DNA from: Octopus vulgaris
Taxonomy: Eukaryota
NCBI GenBank assembly: GCA_951406725.2
Contig: OX597825.1
Span: 52,824,001 to 52,888,000 of the forward strand
Length of the DNA: 64,000 nt
Direction: 5' to 3'
The position numbers were made by a program, and so were the translations under genes. The notes under the pieces are model-generated. The model was not told the origin of the DNA, made no database searches, and was given only the letters and a program-made list of their open reading frames with translations. Positions 26,148 to 39,483 of the stretch are shown piece by piece; position 1 is the stretch's first letter; each line of letters begins with the position of its first letter.

Positions 26148-27884
26148 ATGAAACCAGGCAAAGCCCCTGGCCTATCAGGAATCACTGCTGAGATGCTTAA
26201 AACAGCTGGCTATGTGGGCTATGCCATAGTCACCCGCATTGTAAACCAGGTAGTTCACAATGGAGTCATACCCAATGACTGGTGCAGCAGCACCATAGTC
26301 AACTGCTACAAGGGTAAGGGTGATGCTCTAGATAGAAATAACTACAGAGGTATCAAACTGTTGGACCAGGTGATGAAGGTATCAGAGAAGGTCATAACCA
26401 ATCTCATTAGGGAGAGAATTTGTTTAGATGAAATGCAGTTCGGTTTTGTACCAGGTAGAAGCACCACTGATGCTATATTCCTGGTCCGACAACTGCAGGA
26501 GAAGTACCTAGCTAAAGATAAACCCCTCTACATAGCTTTTGTAGATTTGGAGAAAGCCTTTGACAGGGTTCCGCGTTCCCTTATCTGGTGGTCGATGCGG
26601 AAACTGGAGATTGAAGAATGGCTAATAAGGGCTGTACAGGCTCTATACAGAGAGGCTGTCAGCAAGGTTAGGATTGGCAACGAATATAGTGAAGAATTCC
26701 GGGTAGAAGTAGGTGTGCACCAGGGCTCAGCCCTCAGTCCCCTTTTATTCATCATAGTCCTTCAGGCAATAACAGAGGAATTCAAAACGGGATGCCCCTG
26801 GGAGCTCCTCTATGCCGATGACCTAGCTCTCATAGCAGAATCACTACCGGAACTAGAAGAGAAATTTCGGGTGTGGAAGCAAGGGTTGGAATCAAAGGGC
26901 CTTAGAATAAATGTAGCAAAGACCAAAGTATTAGTAAGCAGCAAGAGGTACTCAGCACACACCCCCTCGGGTAGGTGGCCCTGCTCAACCTGTAGGAAAG
27001 GTACAGGTAGAAACTCCATAAGATGCACCCAATGTAAGTTATGGACACATAAGAGGTGCAGCAACATTAAAGGGAAATTAACAGATAAGATAGCTTTCAT
27101 GTGCGGCAGATGCACAGGGACAATAGACACAACAGACACTCAGAAAACAGATTCCATCACACTCCAGGGAGAGAAACTAGAAGTAGTTGATAGTTTCCGC
27201 TACCTGGGTGACCAAGTTAGTAGCGGAGGTGGATGCACAGAGAGTATCACCACTAGAATACGAATAGCCTGGGCAAAGTTCAGAAAGCTCCTACCCCTAC
27301 TGGCAACAAAAGGTCTCTCCCTCAGAGCGAAAGGTAGATTGTATGATGCATGTGTGCGAACTGCCATGCTTCACGGTAATGAAACATGGGCTGTGACTGC
27401 AGAAGACATGCGTAGACTTGAAAGAAATGAAGCTAGCATGATCCGCTGGATGTGTAGTGTCAGTGTGCATGCAAGACAGAGTGTAAGCATCCTGAGAGAA
27501 ATGCTGGATATAAGAAGCATCAGATGTGGTGTGCAAGAGCGACGCTTGCGATGGTATGGTCATGTGCTGCAGATGGATGAAGAGAGATGTGTGAAGAAGT
27601 GCCACTCCCAAACAGTTGAAGGTATCAGGGAGAGAGGTAGACCCAGGAAGACATGGGATGAGGTAGTCAAGCATGACCTCAGAGCATTGGGCCTCACTGA
27701 GGCAATGGCGAAGGACCGAGATCTCTGGAGATATGCTGTGACTACAAAGACCCGGGCTGCTTTCTGCAGCAATTCCACATACCCCCTACCCATTCTAAGT
27801 ACCCCGGATCCCCAAAGTACCCTGGATCCCCAAAGTACCCCGATCCCCAAAGTACCCCGGACCTCGTTGCCCCCGTGCCGCTGA
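26148..27884 (+). CDS. RTE LINE ORF, C-terminal part: reverse transcriptase with embedded PHD finger
   Basis: [35 protein letters not shown] (26811-26822), C4HC3 finger (26982-27113), [20 protein letters not shown]. Confidence 0.95.
   Translation: MKPGKAPGLSGITAEMLKTAGYVGYAIVTRIVNQVVHNGVIPNDWCSSTIVNCYKGKGDALDRNNYRGIKLLDQVMKVSEKVITNLIRERICLDEMQFGFVPGRSTTDAIFLVRQLQEKYLAKDKPLYIAFVDLEKAFDRVPRSLIWWSMRKLEIEEWLIRAVQALYREAVSKVRIGNEYSEEFRVEVGVHQGSALSPLLFIIVLQAITEEFKTGCPWELLYADDLALIAESLPELEEKFRVWKQGLESKGLRINVAKTKVLVSSKRYSAHTPSGRWPCSTCRKGTGRNSIRCTQCKLWTHKRCSNIKGKLTDKIAFMCGRCTGTIDTTDTQKTDSITLQGEKLEVVDSFRYLGDQVSSGGGCTESITTRIRIAWAKFRKLLPLLATKGLSLRAKGRLYDACVRTAMLHGNETWAVTAEDMRRLERNEASMIRWMCSVSVHARQSVSILREMLDIRSIRCGVQERRLRWYGHVLQMDEERCVKKCHSQTVEGIRERGRPRKTWDEVVKHDLRALGLTEAMAKDRDLWRYAVTTKTRAAFCSNSTYPLPILSTPDPQSTLDPQSTPIPKVPRTSLPPCR
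27797..27860. repeat. ~18-bp tandem repeat at the end of the LINE ORF
   Basis: aagtacccyggatcccca, about 3.5 copies. Confidence 0.85.
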
Positions 27885-28131
27885 CACGTTAAAAGCTCGA
27901 ACCGATCGTGACCGATGCCGGACCCTCCGGCCCCTGTGCAGGTGGCACGTAAAAGCACCCAATCCACTCACGGAGTGGTTGGCGTTAGGAAGGGCATCCA
28001 GCCGTAGAAACTCTGCCAGATTCAGACTGGAGCCTGGAGCGGAACCCTGGCTTCCCAGACCCGGTCGAACCGTCCAACCCGTGCTAGCGCGGAAAGCGGA
28101 CGTTAAGCGATGATGATGATGATGATGATGA

Positions 28132-28234
<103 letters not shown>

Positions 28235-28278
28235 TAAATATATATATATTTATATATATATAGAGATTTATATATATA

Positions 28279-28620
28279 TAATTGATAATGAAGACGAGAT
28301 TGGAGATTTATTCACATCCAAAACTTTTTTATTTAAAATTTTTCTACTGCATATATATCTCTGATGTTTCAACTGCAGCAACTGCACAATGATTTGCTGT
28401 ATGTATTTATGCATTCTAGTAGCTGCAATTTCATTAAGGGTCCATCATTCAGTTAACTGATTCAAATTTACTCTCATAAACACAAGACAGTTGCAGACTC
28501 TAAGGTGTCCACACTTGAGAAAATATACATTTAAACAGTTATAATGAACACAACTTGCAATCTATAATAGTTATGCTAGTTACAATAATGGTTATAAAAT
28601 TAAAGATATTAATACAAATT

Positions 28621-28696
<76 letters not shown>

Positions 28697-28701
28697 TGCT
28701 G

Positions 28702-28734
<33 letters not shown>

Positions 28735-29240
28735 GTACTAGTACTACTACTAATAATAATAATACTAATGAAATGATAACAATATTAATTAAGGGTATTA
28801 TAATATTAATAATATTAATTAAAAGTATAAACGCAAAATAAATAAAATACCTCTGAATAAATAATGTAATCCATACAGCAACATGTAAACAAAATTGCTA
28901 CATTTAATTGAAATCTAAATAAGCATTTTAAAACCATGCTTAAAGTATAATATCAATAGAGGTGATTATAAAACCAGAATTCCATTGGATTTAAAAAGTA
29001 ACACTATCACCTTCAACTGAATATCAATGCAGGGTGCTTGTTTTAATCGGGTCACTTTGAAAATGCTGTGACCCTCGATGAAATTGCAGCAACTAGAATG
29101 CATAATTGCATACACAGCAATGTGCAGTCACTGCAGTTGAAACATATGTAGGTTAGTGTTATATATGCTGTAGAAAATGTTTTAATAAAAAAAGTTTTGG
29201 ATGTGAATAAATCTCCACTCTCCTCTTTGTTATCAATTAT
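28279..29240. mobile_element. Element with ~165-bp inverted terminal arms carrying a hammerhead-like fold (Penelope pLTR-like)
   Basis: 28279-28443 is the reverse complement of 29070-29240. The right arm reads GACC-CTCGATGA-AATTGCAG..CTGCAGTT-GAAA-CATATGTA-GGTT. The interior has a (CTA/CTG)n tract. Confidence 0.65.
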
Positions 29241-29244
29241 ATGC

Positions 29245-29418
29245 TAGTAGCATGTAAAAACCACCCAGCACACTCTGCAAAGTGCTTGGTGCTAGGAAGG
29301 GTACCCCGCCATAGAAACCATGTCAAAATAGACAATTGAAACCTGGTCAGCTCCTGTCAAACTGTTCAACCCATGTCAGCATGGAAAATGGACATTAAAT
29401 GATGATGATGATGATGGT
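29245..29418 (+). mobile_element. RTE-related 3' end with (GAT)n tail
   Basis: gctaggaagggtaccccgccatagaaacc...aacccatgtcagcatggaaaatggacattaaatgatgatg. Confidence 0.8.
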
Positions 29419-29496
29419 GACAAGTATATATGCATATGTGCACTTGCATGTTTATTTATGGATGTATGTCTTCATATATTAACAGACATATTAACA

Positions 29497-29885
29497 GGAG
29501 TGGCTGTGGGGTAAGTAGCTTACCAACCACATGGTTCTGGATTCAGTCCCACTGCGTGACACCTTGGTCAAGTATCTTCTACTATAGCCTCAGGCCAACC
29601 AAAGCCTTGTGAGTGGATTTGGTAGACAGAAATTGAAAGAAGCCCGTCATATATATATGTATATGTATATGTTTGCGTCTGTGTTTGTCCCCCACAACAT
29701 CGCTTGAAAGCTGATGCTGGTGTGTTTACGTCGCCGTCACTTAGCGGTTTGGCAAGGGAGACTGATAGAATAAGTACTAGGCTTACAAAGAATAAGTCCT
29801 GGGGTCGATTTGCTCAACTAAAGGCGGTGCTCCAGCATGGCCGCAGTCAAATGACTGAAACAAATAAAAGAAAAGTAAAAGAAAA
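29497..29885 (+). mobile_element. SINE family B, full length
   Basis: tRNA-like head ggagtggctgtggggtaag...ggattcagtccc, internal (TA/TG)n, A-rich tail. Confidence 0.92.
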
Positions 29886-30348
29886 GATGTGTGTCTGCGT
29901 GTCTGCGTGCGTGCATGCATGTGTGCTTTGTGTGTTTTGTGTGTGTGTGTGTGTGTGTGTGCATGTGCATATATGTATAGTTATATATGTCCAGCAGCCT
30001 GGATGTGCATGCTTATTTGTATTTGTGTCTATGTTTTCCATATATTAGAATACCTCAATATGTGTGTCTGCATTTATATCTTTCAATCTGTGTAACTCCA
30101 TATGCATGCATTTATCTATTTATATCGTATATGTGTGTGCATATACACACTTACATACATATTTTATATATAAAAATATATTTGCATATAGTTTATATCT
30201 GTGTGTGTCTGTATACATATATATATATGTGTGTATATATATTTATGTATGTATATATATATGTATATATATATATATAATTTATATATACATATATATC
30301 TGTGTATGTATATATATATGTATGTATGTCTATATCTATATATGTATA

Positions 30349-30385
<37 letters not shown>

Positions 30386-30849
30386 CGTGTAAGTGTGTGT
30401 TGTATGCATCTCTTAGTCGCTATATGTTTTCTTCTTCATTATCTTTGTTCTACCAAACTGAATTACCAATTCGATACAGATGACTAGGCAGATATATGCT
30501 AAAAATGCACATGGTTCTTGTCATTCCCGCAGCCCTACACCACACCCGCCATTGTCCGTTCTGTCCATCTATAATGTAATTAATTTGTTTTAAAAAACAT
30601 CAACTCTTGCTGCTGGACTTTGTGATTGTCTCTAAAAATATTCTTTAGTTACTTGACCCTTAATCTGATTTCTATAAAGGAAAAAACAAAACAAAACAAA
30701 GCGAGAATCCTTATGCACCAGTGAATCTCACTTGCACAAATGACTACCCACGCTTGTTCTATTGACATACAACTGTGCCCATTCACTCACTGATTGACAA
30801 ATTGATCTACTTTTATTTACTTTTTACTAACCCGAAGAACAGATTCTTT

Positions 30850-31276
30850 TATTGTTTCATTCTCTTACTTGTTTCAATCATTTTGTCTGTGGCCATGCTG
30901 GAGCACCACATCTTAGTTGAAGAAATCGATGCCTGGACTTATTCTTTGTAAGCCTGGTACTTTTGTATCAATCTCTTTTGCTGAACTGCTAAGTTATGGG
31001 GACATAAACACACCAACATTAGTTGTCAAGCGATGGTGGGGGGACAAATACAGACACAAACACACAAATATATATATATATTCAACAGGCTCCTACCAAA
31101 TCCACTCACAAGGTTTTGGTCACACATCCATAAAGTAATTTACACAAGATAATTGCATTGAAATAAAAATAACAAAAACAAATGCAAAAAAGAACAAGGT
31201 CCCTAATAACACACCACCATCGGTTGTCAAGCGATGTTGGGGGGACAAACACAGACACACAAACATATACACACAC

Positions 31277-31321
<45 letters not shown>

Positions 31322-31435
31322 CATATATGCTCGAGGCTATAGTAGGAGACACTTGCACAAGGTGCCATGCAGTGGGAATGAACCTGGAACCATGTGGTTG
31401 GTAAGCAAGCTACTTACCACACAGCCACTCCTGCA
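30850..31435 (-). mobile_element. Rearranged or nested SINE family B copies
   Basis: Two partial family B segments with the head at ~31330-31432. Confidence 0.8.
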
Positions 31436-32249
31436 GGTTTGATTTTTAAAATCTCTCCTTCTGAAGATCCCTACCAGGAGTGAAACTATCAATTGTTGTA
31501 TGGCTTTGAACTTTTCAATATACACAGCAGAATTGTTACTTCTCAAATATATTGAGTTGACTCATTTTCTTATCTCATCTCATCTTCTTTGCCCACTTAA
31601 TCTTGGGAGGGTTGTGGAGGCAGAGTCCTTAAATACACCTTCCATCAGATTTTGACAGAAACAACCACCTCCAATTGATGTGGTTTGATCCATAATTGAC
31701 CTCAACGAAGCTCATGGATGTTATGCAGCCATCTTCTTGCAATCTGACCTTGGGTCTCCTGCTGGTTGTTTTTGCCTGTGAAACCAGTCCAACAATCCTC
31801 CTTTTTTTTTTGCCAATTGTTAAATAATATTTACAAATTTTAATGTTGCATATTATGTTTAAATCTTTGATAAAGGAAGAAATGAATTAATTTAATAAAA
31901 TTAATGGATATATTTTCTGTGGGACATTGTGTGATGTACCCTGAAAGGGATGACTGATAAAGTTAATGTGAGCAAGCAGCATCCGAAGTGATGGAAGGGG
32001 TTCACCTGAATGTCAAATCAATAATACAGTGGACAGGAAAAGTTGTGGCTTTCAACCAAATCTGCAACTGTCAGTGATGTTGCATTTAAAGTGCAGTGTG
32101 AGTACCAGCTTCTTGCCTCTTACTGTCAGTGGTATTGTGGTCGAGGTGCAGTCGGAGTATCAGTTACTAGAGTACTTCTGTCAGTAGTAAGTAATTTAAG
32201 TGCATTTACCTGTAAAACCTGTTCAGCAATTCTTATTACCACATGTGTA

Positions 32250-32790
32250 TAGTATTGGAGCCATGATCTTTCAATTCAGAGTTATAGTGGCTCTACCTGG
32301 TGCACATCACTGATCTCTGAGCTATGCACTGTATCAAGTAACATAGCTCCAAATACTCTTCAGAAGAATACCATCTTGGTCGCTTGTGTTCATGATTGTA
32401 TACTATCAGTCATTACCTAAGGTTCATGACCATAAATAGATATGAGCATGAACACCAAGTTGAAGAGGGCAAGTTTAGCTTTTACACCTATCTATCTTCT
32501 GATGACTAAATGTTGAATCTGGCACATTACTGCATCAGCTTCTGAATCCCCATACATAATCCAGCCTCCTGCCTTTCATCAGTTATGAAAATTACCCTGA
32601 GATACTTGAACTTCTCCACTTGCTTCAGTGGGAATCCAGACAAGGCTTCGTTGAGAAGATGAATGCCTCAAGTCTTTGCAGCACTGATTTTCATTCCTGA
32701 TTAGCAGCACTCAGTGGCAAACCTACCCCAGTGCATACTGGAGCTCATCTGCTGCTGGGTTGAGTAGTACCATGCCAGCTGCAAATTTTT
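32250..32790 (-). mobile_element. Old LINE RT fragment (RTE-like)
   Basis: Minus strand RFATECC, MKISAAKT, PLKQVEKFKYL. A possible 3' remnant lies at ~31560-31800. Confidence 0.55.
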
Positions 32791-32828
32791 ACCAGCTGAT
32801 ACTATATTTGCAATTATATAAATAAACA

Positions 32829-32877
<49 letters not shown>

Positions 32878-32893
32878 TGTGTGTACATATATA

Positions 32894-34149
32894 CAGGGGT
32901 TAGACAGAATAATGGAAACAGCTAGCATCATAGCATCATAATTTTGAAATATCTATAAAACCCTCAAAAGCTTGTTTATTTTTATGTTTTTTTTATTTAT
33001 TATTAGTGTTGCTTAATGCTTTGTGAAAATTGCTGTTTCTTTTCAGATATCATTAGAAAAGGGTAATTAAAATTCATTAAAATGACAGATCTATTAGACT
33101 TTCAAAGAGGTCAAATTGTTGGTGCTCGTATGGCAGGTGCTAGCATAATGAAAACAACCGAGATGTTTGATGTATCAAGAAGCACTGTTTCAAAAGGAAT
33201 GACAGCCTTTGAAGAAGAGGGAAAAATCTCCTTGTCGAAACCAAACTCTGGAAGAAAACCAAGCCTTTCAGATAGAGGCTGTTTGACTCTTACGCGAATT
33301 GTTACAAAGGATTACAAAAGTACAGCTCCCAAAATTACTGCAGAGCTTAATGACCACCTTGAGAACCCAGTTTCCACAAAAACTGTTTACCATGAGCTGC
33401 ACAAAGCTGGATTTCATGGGAGGTCTGCAATCAGAAAACCACTACTTTCAAAAACAAATGTTGCAAAGCGTTTAGAGTGGAGTAAAAACCTACAGAATTG
33501 GTCCCTAGTGCAGTAGAGGAATGTTATTTTCTTGGACAAGTCATCCTTTACCTTATTTCTGACCACCAGCCGCATATGTGTGTAGAGACAGACAAAAGAA
33601 GCATTTGACTCAGACTGCCTTCTTCCAATGTTAAACATGGAGGAGGTTCTGTAATGATCTGGGTGGGGGATCTTGGAAATCTGCTGGCCCAATGGTCTCC
33701 CTTCATGGCAGAATTAATAGTCAAGTCTATTTAAGCATTTTATCTGATAAAATTCATCCTATGGTTGCAGAAGGAAACGCAATCTTTCAGGATAATAATG
33801 CACCAATTCACACAACTAAAGTTGTTGCTAAATGGCACGAGAAACATTCTAGTGAAGTTTAACAACTTATCTGGCCACCTATCCCTAGGTCTCAAAATTA
33901 TTGAACATATATGGTGCATTTTAGAAAAACAAGTAAGGCGTTGATATCCTCTACCATCATCATTACAAGAACTGGAGACTGTTTTAGCTGAAGAATGGAC
34001 AAAAATTCCTTTGGAAACAATTCAAACTTTGTATGAGTCCATACCTCATAGAATTCAAGCTGTAATTATTGCCAAAGATGGTCTTACTACATATAAATAT
34101 ATATTTGCTTGAAATTCTAAGGTGTTCCCATTATTTTGTCCAACCCCTG
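32894..34149 (+). mobile_element. Full-length Tc1-like transposon with disrupted transposase
   Basis: 27-bp TIRs caggggttagacagaataatggaaaca / tgttcccattattttgtccaacccctg, TA TSD; ORF from 33082 with HTH and GRKP; later FQDNNAPIH and IEHIW; stops and frameshifts. Confidence 0.95.
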
Positions 34150-34249
34150 TATATATGCCAATGTATCAATGTGTCTGTACACACACACACACACACACAA
34201 ACACACACTCACACACACATACATACACATATATGTACATGCATGTACA

Positions 34250-34720
34250 TAATCATCGTCCTTTAACATCCATTTTGACAGCTGGCTTGGATTGGATGGT
34301 TTGAGTAGAGCTGGCAAGCTGTAGAGCTGCACCATGTTCCAGTCTGATTTGCCTTGGTTTCTAAGGTTTGATGCGCTTCCTCACAATAATCACTTTATAG
34401 TATATGCTGGGTGCTTTTAATGTGGCACTGGCAGAAGTGACTTTTACAAGGCACCAGCACAAGACTAGCAACAATCCCCTTCACCAAAGATACAACATTA
34501 GCAATTCTGCTGTGGAGGATGGATCCTCTTGAGTAAAGAAAGGCATCAAGTATCTTAGTCCTTTGTCATCTCATCCAAAAGGCCCAGCCTTCTGAGGTTG
34601 GCCTTCAGTATTTCATCCTATGTCTTCCACAGTCTCCCTCTTCCATGAGTGCCATCCCTTTTGAGTGAACAGCACTTCTTTATGGAGCTGTCAGCATCCA
34701 TCTGCATAAGCAAGACTAGG
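34250..34720 (-). mobile_element. Old RTE 3' end
   Basis: Degenerate 3' UTR motifs and RT C-terminus (SSIKKCCSL..GRLWKT). Confidence 0.65.
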
Positions 34721-34768
34721 GTTTGCACTCTCATGTGAATTTCTAAATGTCTGTACATACTGGACAAT

Positions 34769-35068
34769 ATTTTGTTTTGGGATTTGGTTTGCAAGATTCT
34801 TTATATGAGTTCGTGTGTTGAAACATATTCTGTTGTGTCTGGGGAGAATCATTTTCTTTTTGTGCCTTATAATGTAGCACACTCACTGGTGAAATTTCCA
34901 CTTATTTCTTATTTTTATTTTCCTGAAATTTACGTTTCATCTTGCAGCCTTTTCAATTGTCTTGACTCTCACTATTGAAAAGGTTGCAAGACACCAATGA
35001 AAATTTTAGGAAAATAAAAATAAGAAATAAGGCACAAAGAGAAAATGACTCTCCCCAGACACAACAGA
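34769..35068. mobile_element. Foldback short element with 12-bp TSD and hammerhead variant
   Basis: TSD atactggacaat at 34757-34768 and 35069-35080; inverted arms ~34826-34957 vs ~34974-35071; hammerhead-like motif at 34972-35009. Confidence 0.8.
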
Positions 35069-35793
35069 ATACTGGACAATGTTGTGTTCATATTCTTTTG
35101 AGGTGAAAGTGTTCTAATGTGAATTTGAAGAGTGTGTTGTAATTTTAGAGATGTGAGTTATGCTTATGTGAAGTCATTCACTTATAAGCTTGTTGTGAAT
35201 GGTGTTGGTATGGACAGGCATAAGATTTATTGCTGAGGATTGTATGTATGTATGAAACATTGCAGGTGATGTTGGGAAAAAGTCTAAGTGAAGTTTGAAT
35301 GTGTAGAATAGGTAACATTGTGCAAATGTATTTTGAAGATAGGGTGGTACATATATGTGTAACAAGTACATGTTTTCCAAATAACGTAAGGAAGAACTTT
35401 GTGATGGATGTGGTTGCTTGGAGATTGAAAAGAAAGTTAATGATATTTTGTGTGCATATATCTATATCTATATACATATGTGTGCATGTGTGTGTTTTGT
35501 GTTTGTGTGTCTCTGTGACTGGGTTAATATGAAAATAGTGAATGCAAATGTGTGTGCATGGATGTGTGTGTGTGCGTGTGTGTATACATGTTTGTACACA
35601 TATATACATTTTGTATGTATGTATATTATATTCATCATTTAATGATGGAAATAAGAACATGAATGATAAAGTGAAAAGTTAGCTTGTAATTTTTAATCTC
35701 ATGCTTAAGAAGAAGGAAATAGTTGAAATGTTCCTGACATTTCAAGGAAGAGATATATCTCTATATGTGTGTGTGGGTATATATGTATGTGTA

Positions 35794-35844
<51 letters not shown>

Positions 35845-35939
35845 CTGTGTATTTAGGTGATGTCAATATTTGCTCCATCCACTGAAACATGTCAGGCCAT
35901 TGAGTGATTCATAGTATGAAATACGAGGGGAATCTACTA

Positions 35940-36180
35940 TCATTTACTTATTTCAGTCATCAGATTGTAGCCATACTGTAGCACCACCTTGGATTTTTAG
36001 TTGATTGGATTAACGCCAAGGTTTATTTCTATTCCCAAACTTGGTATTTATTCTATTGGACTCTTTTGGTGAACTGCTAAGTTATAGGGAAATAAACAAA
36101 CCAACACTGGTTGTCAGGTGGCAGTGAAGGACAAAGGGACCTCCACACACACACACATACATGCAATCAGACACACATGT

Positions 36181-36211
<31 letters not shown>

Positions 36212-36370
36212 TATTTAGCACCTTCTTTCAGTTTCTGTCTACCAAATCCACTCACAGAGCCTTGGTTGGCCTGTGGATATAGTAGAAGACACCTCCCCAA
36301 CGTGCCATACTGTGGTACTGAACCTGGAAATATGTTTGGGAAATAAGTTTCTTACCACATAGCTATGCTG
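35940..36370 (-). mobile_element. SINE family B (decayed)
   Basis: ttctttcagtttctgtctaccaaatccactcacagagccttggttggcc...actgaacctgg. Confidence 0.85.
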
Positions 36371-36529
36371 TCACCGAAAATTTAATCACATTCTTGGATA
36401 AGATAGAGTGATGATGATAGGAAAGGTACCAACCATAGATTACAGCCTCAACAAAGTTTCGTTCAATGCATATTACATGGAACTAACTCACATGAGAATT
36501 AAGTGGGTGATGCCTTCATATACATCAAT

Positions 36530-36850
36530 ATTATCATCATTGCTTAATGTCTGCTTTCCATGCTGGCAAGATTTGGATGGTTTGATAGGAGCCCACCAGG
36601 TAGAAGACTGCAGCAGACCACTCTGTCTGTTTTGGCATGATTTTGATGCTCTTTTTAACACCAGCCACCACACAGAGTTGACTGAGTGCTCTTTACATGG
36701 CACAAGCACAGGCATGGTCAGTTCTGGCATAGTTTTTACAGCTGGATGCCCATCCAAAAGCCATCCACTTCACAGTGTGGGCTGGATGCTCTTTACATAG
36801 CACCAGCACAGGCAGAATCACCAAGTAAATTGCAAGACAAGGAAATTTAG
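36530..36850 (-). mobile_element. Old RTE-related 3' end
   Basis: catcattgcttaatgtctgctttccatgctggc...gctggatgcc. Confidence 0.6.
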
Positions 36851-37539
36851 AGAGGGAAGGGGGCATTGGAGGAGGTGATTATGTGTCAGATGATGAAAGG
36901 TTAGAGTGTGTCAGAGAGATTGAGTGGCAGAAACAAGTGTCTTGTTGTAGAGGATGAGGGAAAGAATTGGAGAGAGAGAGAGGGGAGGAATAGAGAAGGG
37001 GGGAAAGAGAGAGAGGGGGGAAGAGAGAGAGAGGGGGGAAAGAGAGAAAGGGGGTAAGAGAGAGGGGGAAAGAGAAAGAGATGGGGGAAGAGAGAGAGAG
37101 GGGGAGAAATAACAAGAAAGAGCAAGAGGAGAGAGAGAATGTGGGCAGAAACAGGTGTGTTGCTCTAGAGGTTACTACATCCAAACCAAGGGCTGAAGGT
37201 TTGCTGGAACACTATATATTAAGGTAAATATTATGTTGAGGGGTTATTCAACATAAAGCAACCATCTTTGCTGGAAGCAAGTGGCATAAATCACAATGTT
37301 TGGTTCAATAAGCCTAAACATACTCACATACACATTCACACACTCTCACATTCCATTCCTCCCACATATTACATACACACATATGTTTATATGTATACCA
37401 CACAAGTACATGTAACCAAATCTCTATATTACTGTCTCAAGCACACAATATTCAGAGCACTTTTGTGTTTGGAAACTAAAGCATAATCAGGGTTTATATA
37501 TATATATATATATATGTACAATGCATGTGTGTGTGTGTA

Positions 37540-37577
<38 letters not shown>

Positions 37578-38535
37578 TGATGATGATGATGATATATATA
37601 TATGTACATATATATACATATATACATACATATATGTATATATTTTATATATATATATATATACATATATATACATATATACATATATATACATACATAT
37701 ATGTATATATTTTATATTTTTATATATATATACATATATATATGTACATACACACATATATGTATATATATGTGTGCATATAAATAAATACATACATACA
37801 CACATGTATATACATAGATTGTGCGTAAGCTTGTGTTACTCTGTGTATTTATATACCCACGCAAACACAAGCACACATACACACATACTCAAAACCACAA
37901 GCACACATACATAGAATTTGATTTGATTTGGGTGACTTTTAAATAAGGTTTCTTAATTAAATTTATATTTTTGTACTTTTTTTTTCTGTATTATTTTTTT
38001 CTGGAACTTTCACTCTTGTGAAATTAAGTTTGGGACTTTTTTTTTGTGCGTATGTTTTTCTTTCTAATTTCATGGTCAGTTGACCATTCCTGATTGGAAC
38101 TCTCAGACAAAGCCTGAATAAATAATTGATTGAGAAATTCTCAATGTGGCATTTCTAAAGGAGGTACCACTGTTGGTTTAAATAGTTTGCTCTACGAGAT
38201 TTTGTTGTTTTTTGCCTGTTTAATTGGTTCGTTGGTTGTTTATATACTCTTTTATTTCAAATAGTTAATGTTTAGTTTTCTAGAAAATTGGTTAGGCCTT
38301 CTGAGATCAGAATTCAGAGTCACATGCACACACTCATAAATAAACACATGAACACATATATATATATATGAACACATATTAAGCACATATACAGACATAC
38401 ATACACATACACACATATATATAAACACACTAGCAAAGGTATTTGCCTGAATATATGTAGGCATTAACAAGCATAGATAGATAAAATAGATTGTAAATTA
38501 TGTACTCATTGTTACATCCCACCCATATATATAAG

Positions 38536-38567
<32 letters not shown>

Positions 38568-38843
38568 TGTATGTATGTATGTATGTATGTATGTATGTAT
38601 GTATGTATGTGTGTATGTATGTATGTATATATATATATATGTATATGTGTGTGTTTATATATATATGTATATGCAGATTGTATATATATGTATATATATG
38701 TATATGTAAATATATATATATGTATATATATATATGTGTGTATTATATGTGCATATATGTACATATATATGTATATATACATTTTATATATATGTATACA
38801 CATATATATATGTGTGTGTATATGTATGTATGTATGTATGTAT

Positions 38844-38941
<98 letters not shown>

Positions 38942-38987
38942 TGGTTTTGTTATACGGTGCCTGGTTTTACAATCCTGTAAATAATAA

Positions 38988-39227
38988 TAATGGTATTTAT
39001 ATAAGCCTAAAGCTTATAGCCATCACTGTGCAATGACTAAGAAAAACAATCTAGTAATGGGGTATATGACCCTTTGACACTTAGTTGTGTTAACAAAGGG
39101 ATGTGGGTTTGAGTTCCATGTGGATAGGAAAGCCTACTTTTTTCTCTCAATGTCCCATGATTAGACCATTTTTCTTAGTCATTGCACGGTGATCACTATA
39201 AATCTTAGGTTTATATAAATACCATTA
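38988..39227. mobile_element. MITE with ~75-bp TIRs
   Basis: taatggtatttatataagcctaaagc...tgcaatgactaagaaaaa vs tttttcttagtcattgca...ttaggtttatataaataccatta. Confidence 0.85.
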
Positions 39228-39229
39228 AT

Positions 39230-39380
39230 GGGTGTGGCTGTGTGGTAAGTAGCTTGCATACCAACAACATGGTTCCAGGTTCAGTCCCACTGTGTGGCAC
39301 CTTGGGCAAGTGTCTTCTACTATAGCCTTGGGCCGACCAAAGCCTTGTGAGTGGATTTGGTAGACGGAAACTGAAAGAGA
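39230..39380 (+). mobile_element. SINE family B, 5' half
   Basis: gtgtggctgtgtggtaagtagcttgc...ggtagacggaaactgaaaga. Confidence 0.9.
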
Positions 39381-39448
39381 GGAGGAAAGAAAGAGAGGGG
39401 TTAAAGAGAGAGAGTGGGGGGAGAAGATATATATATATATATATATAT

Positions 39449-39483
<35 letters not shown>

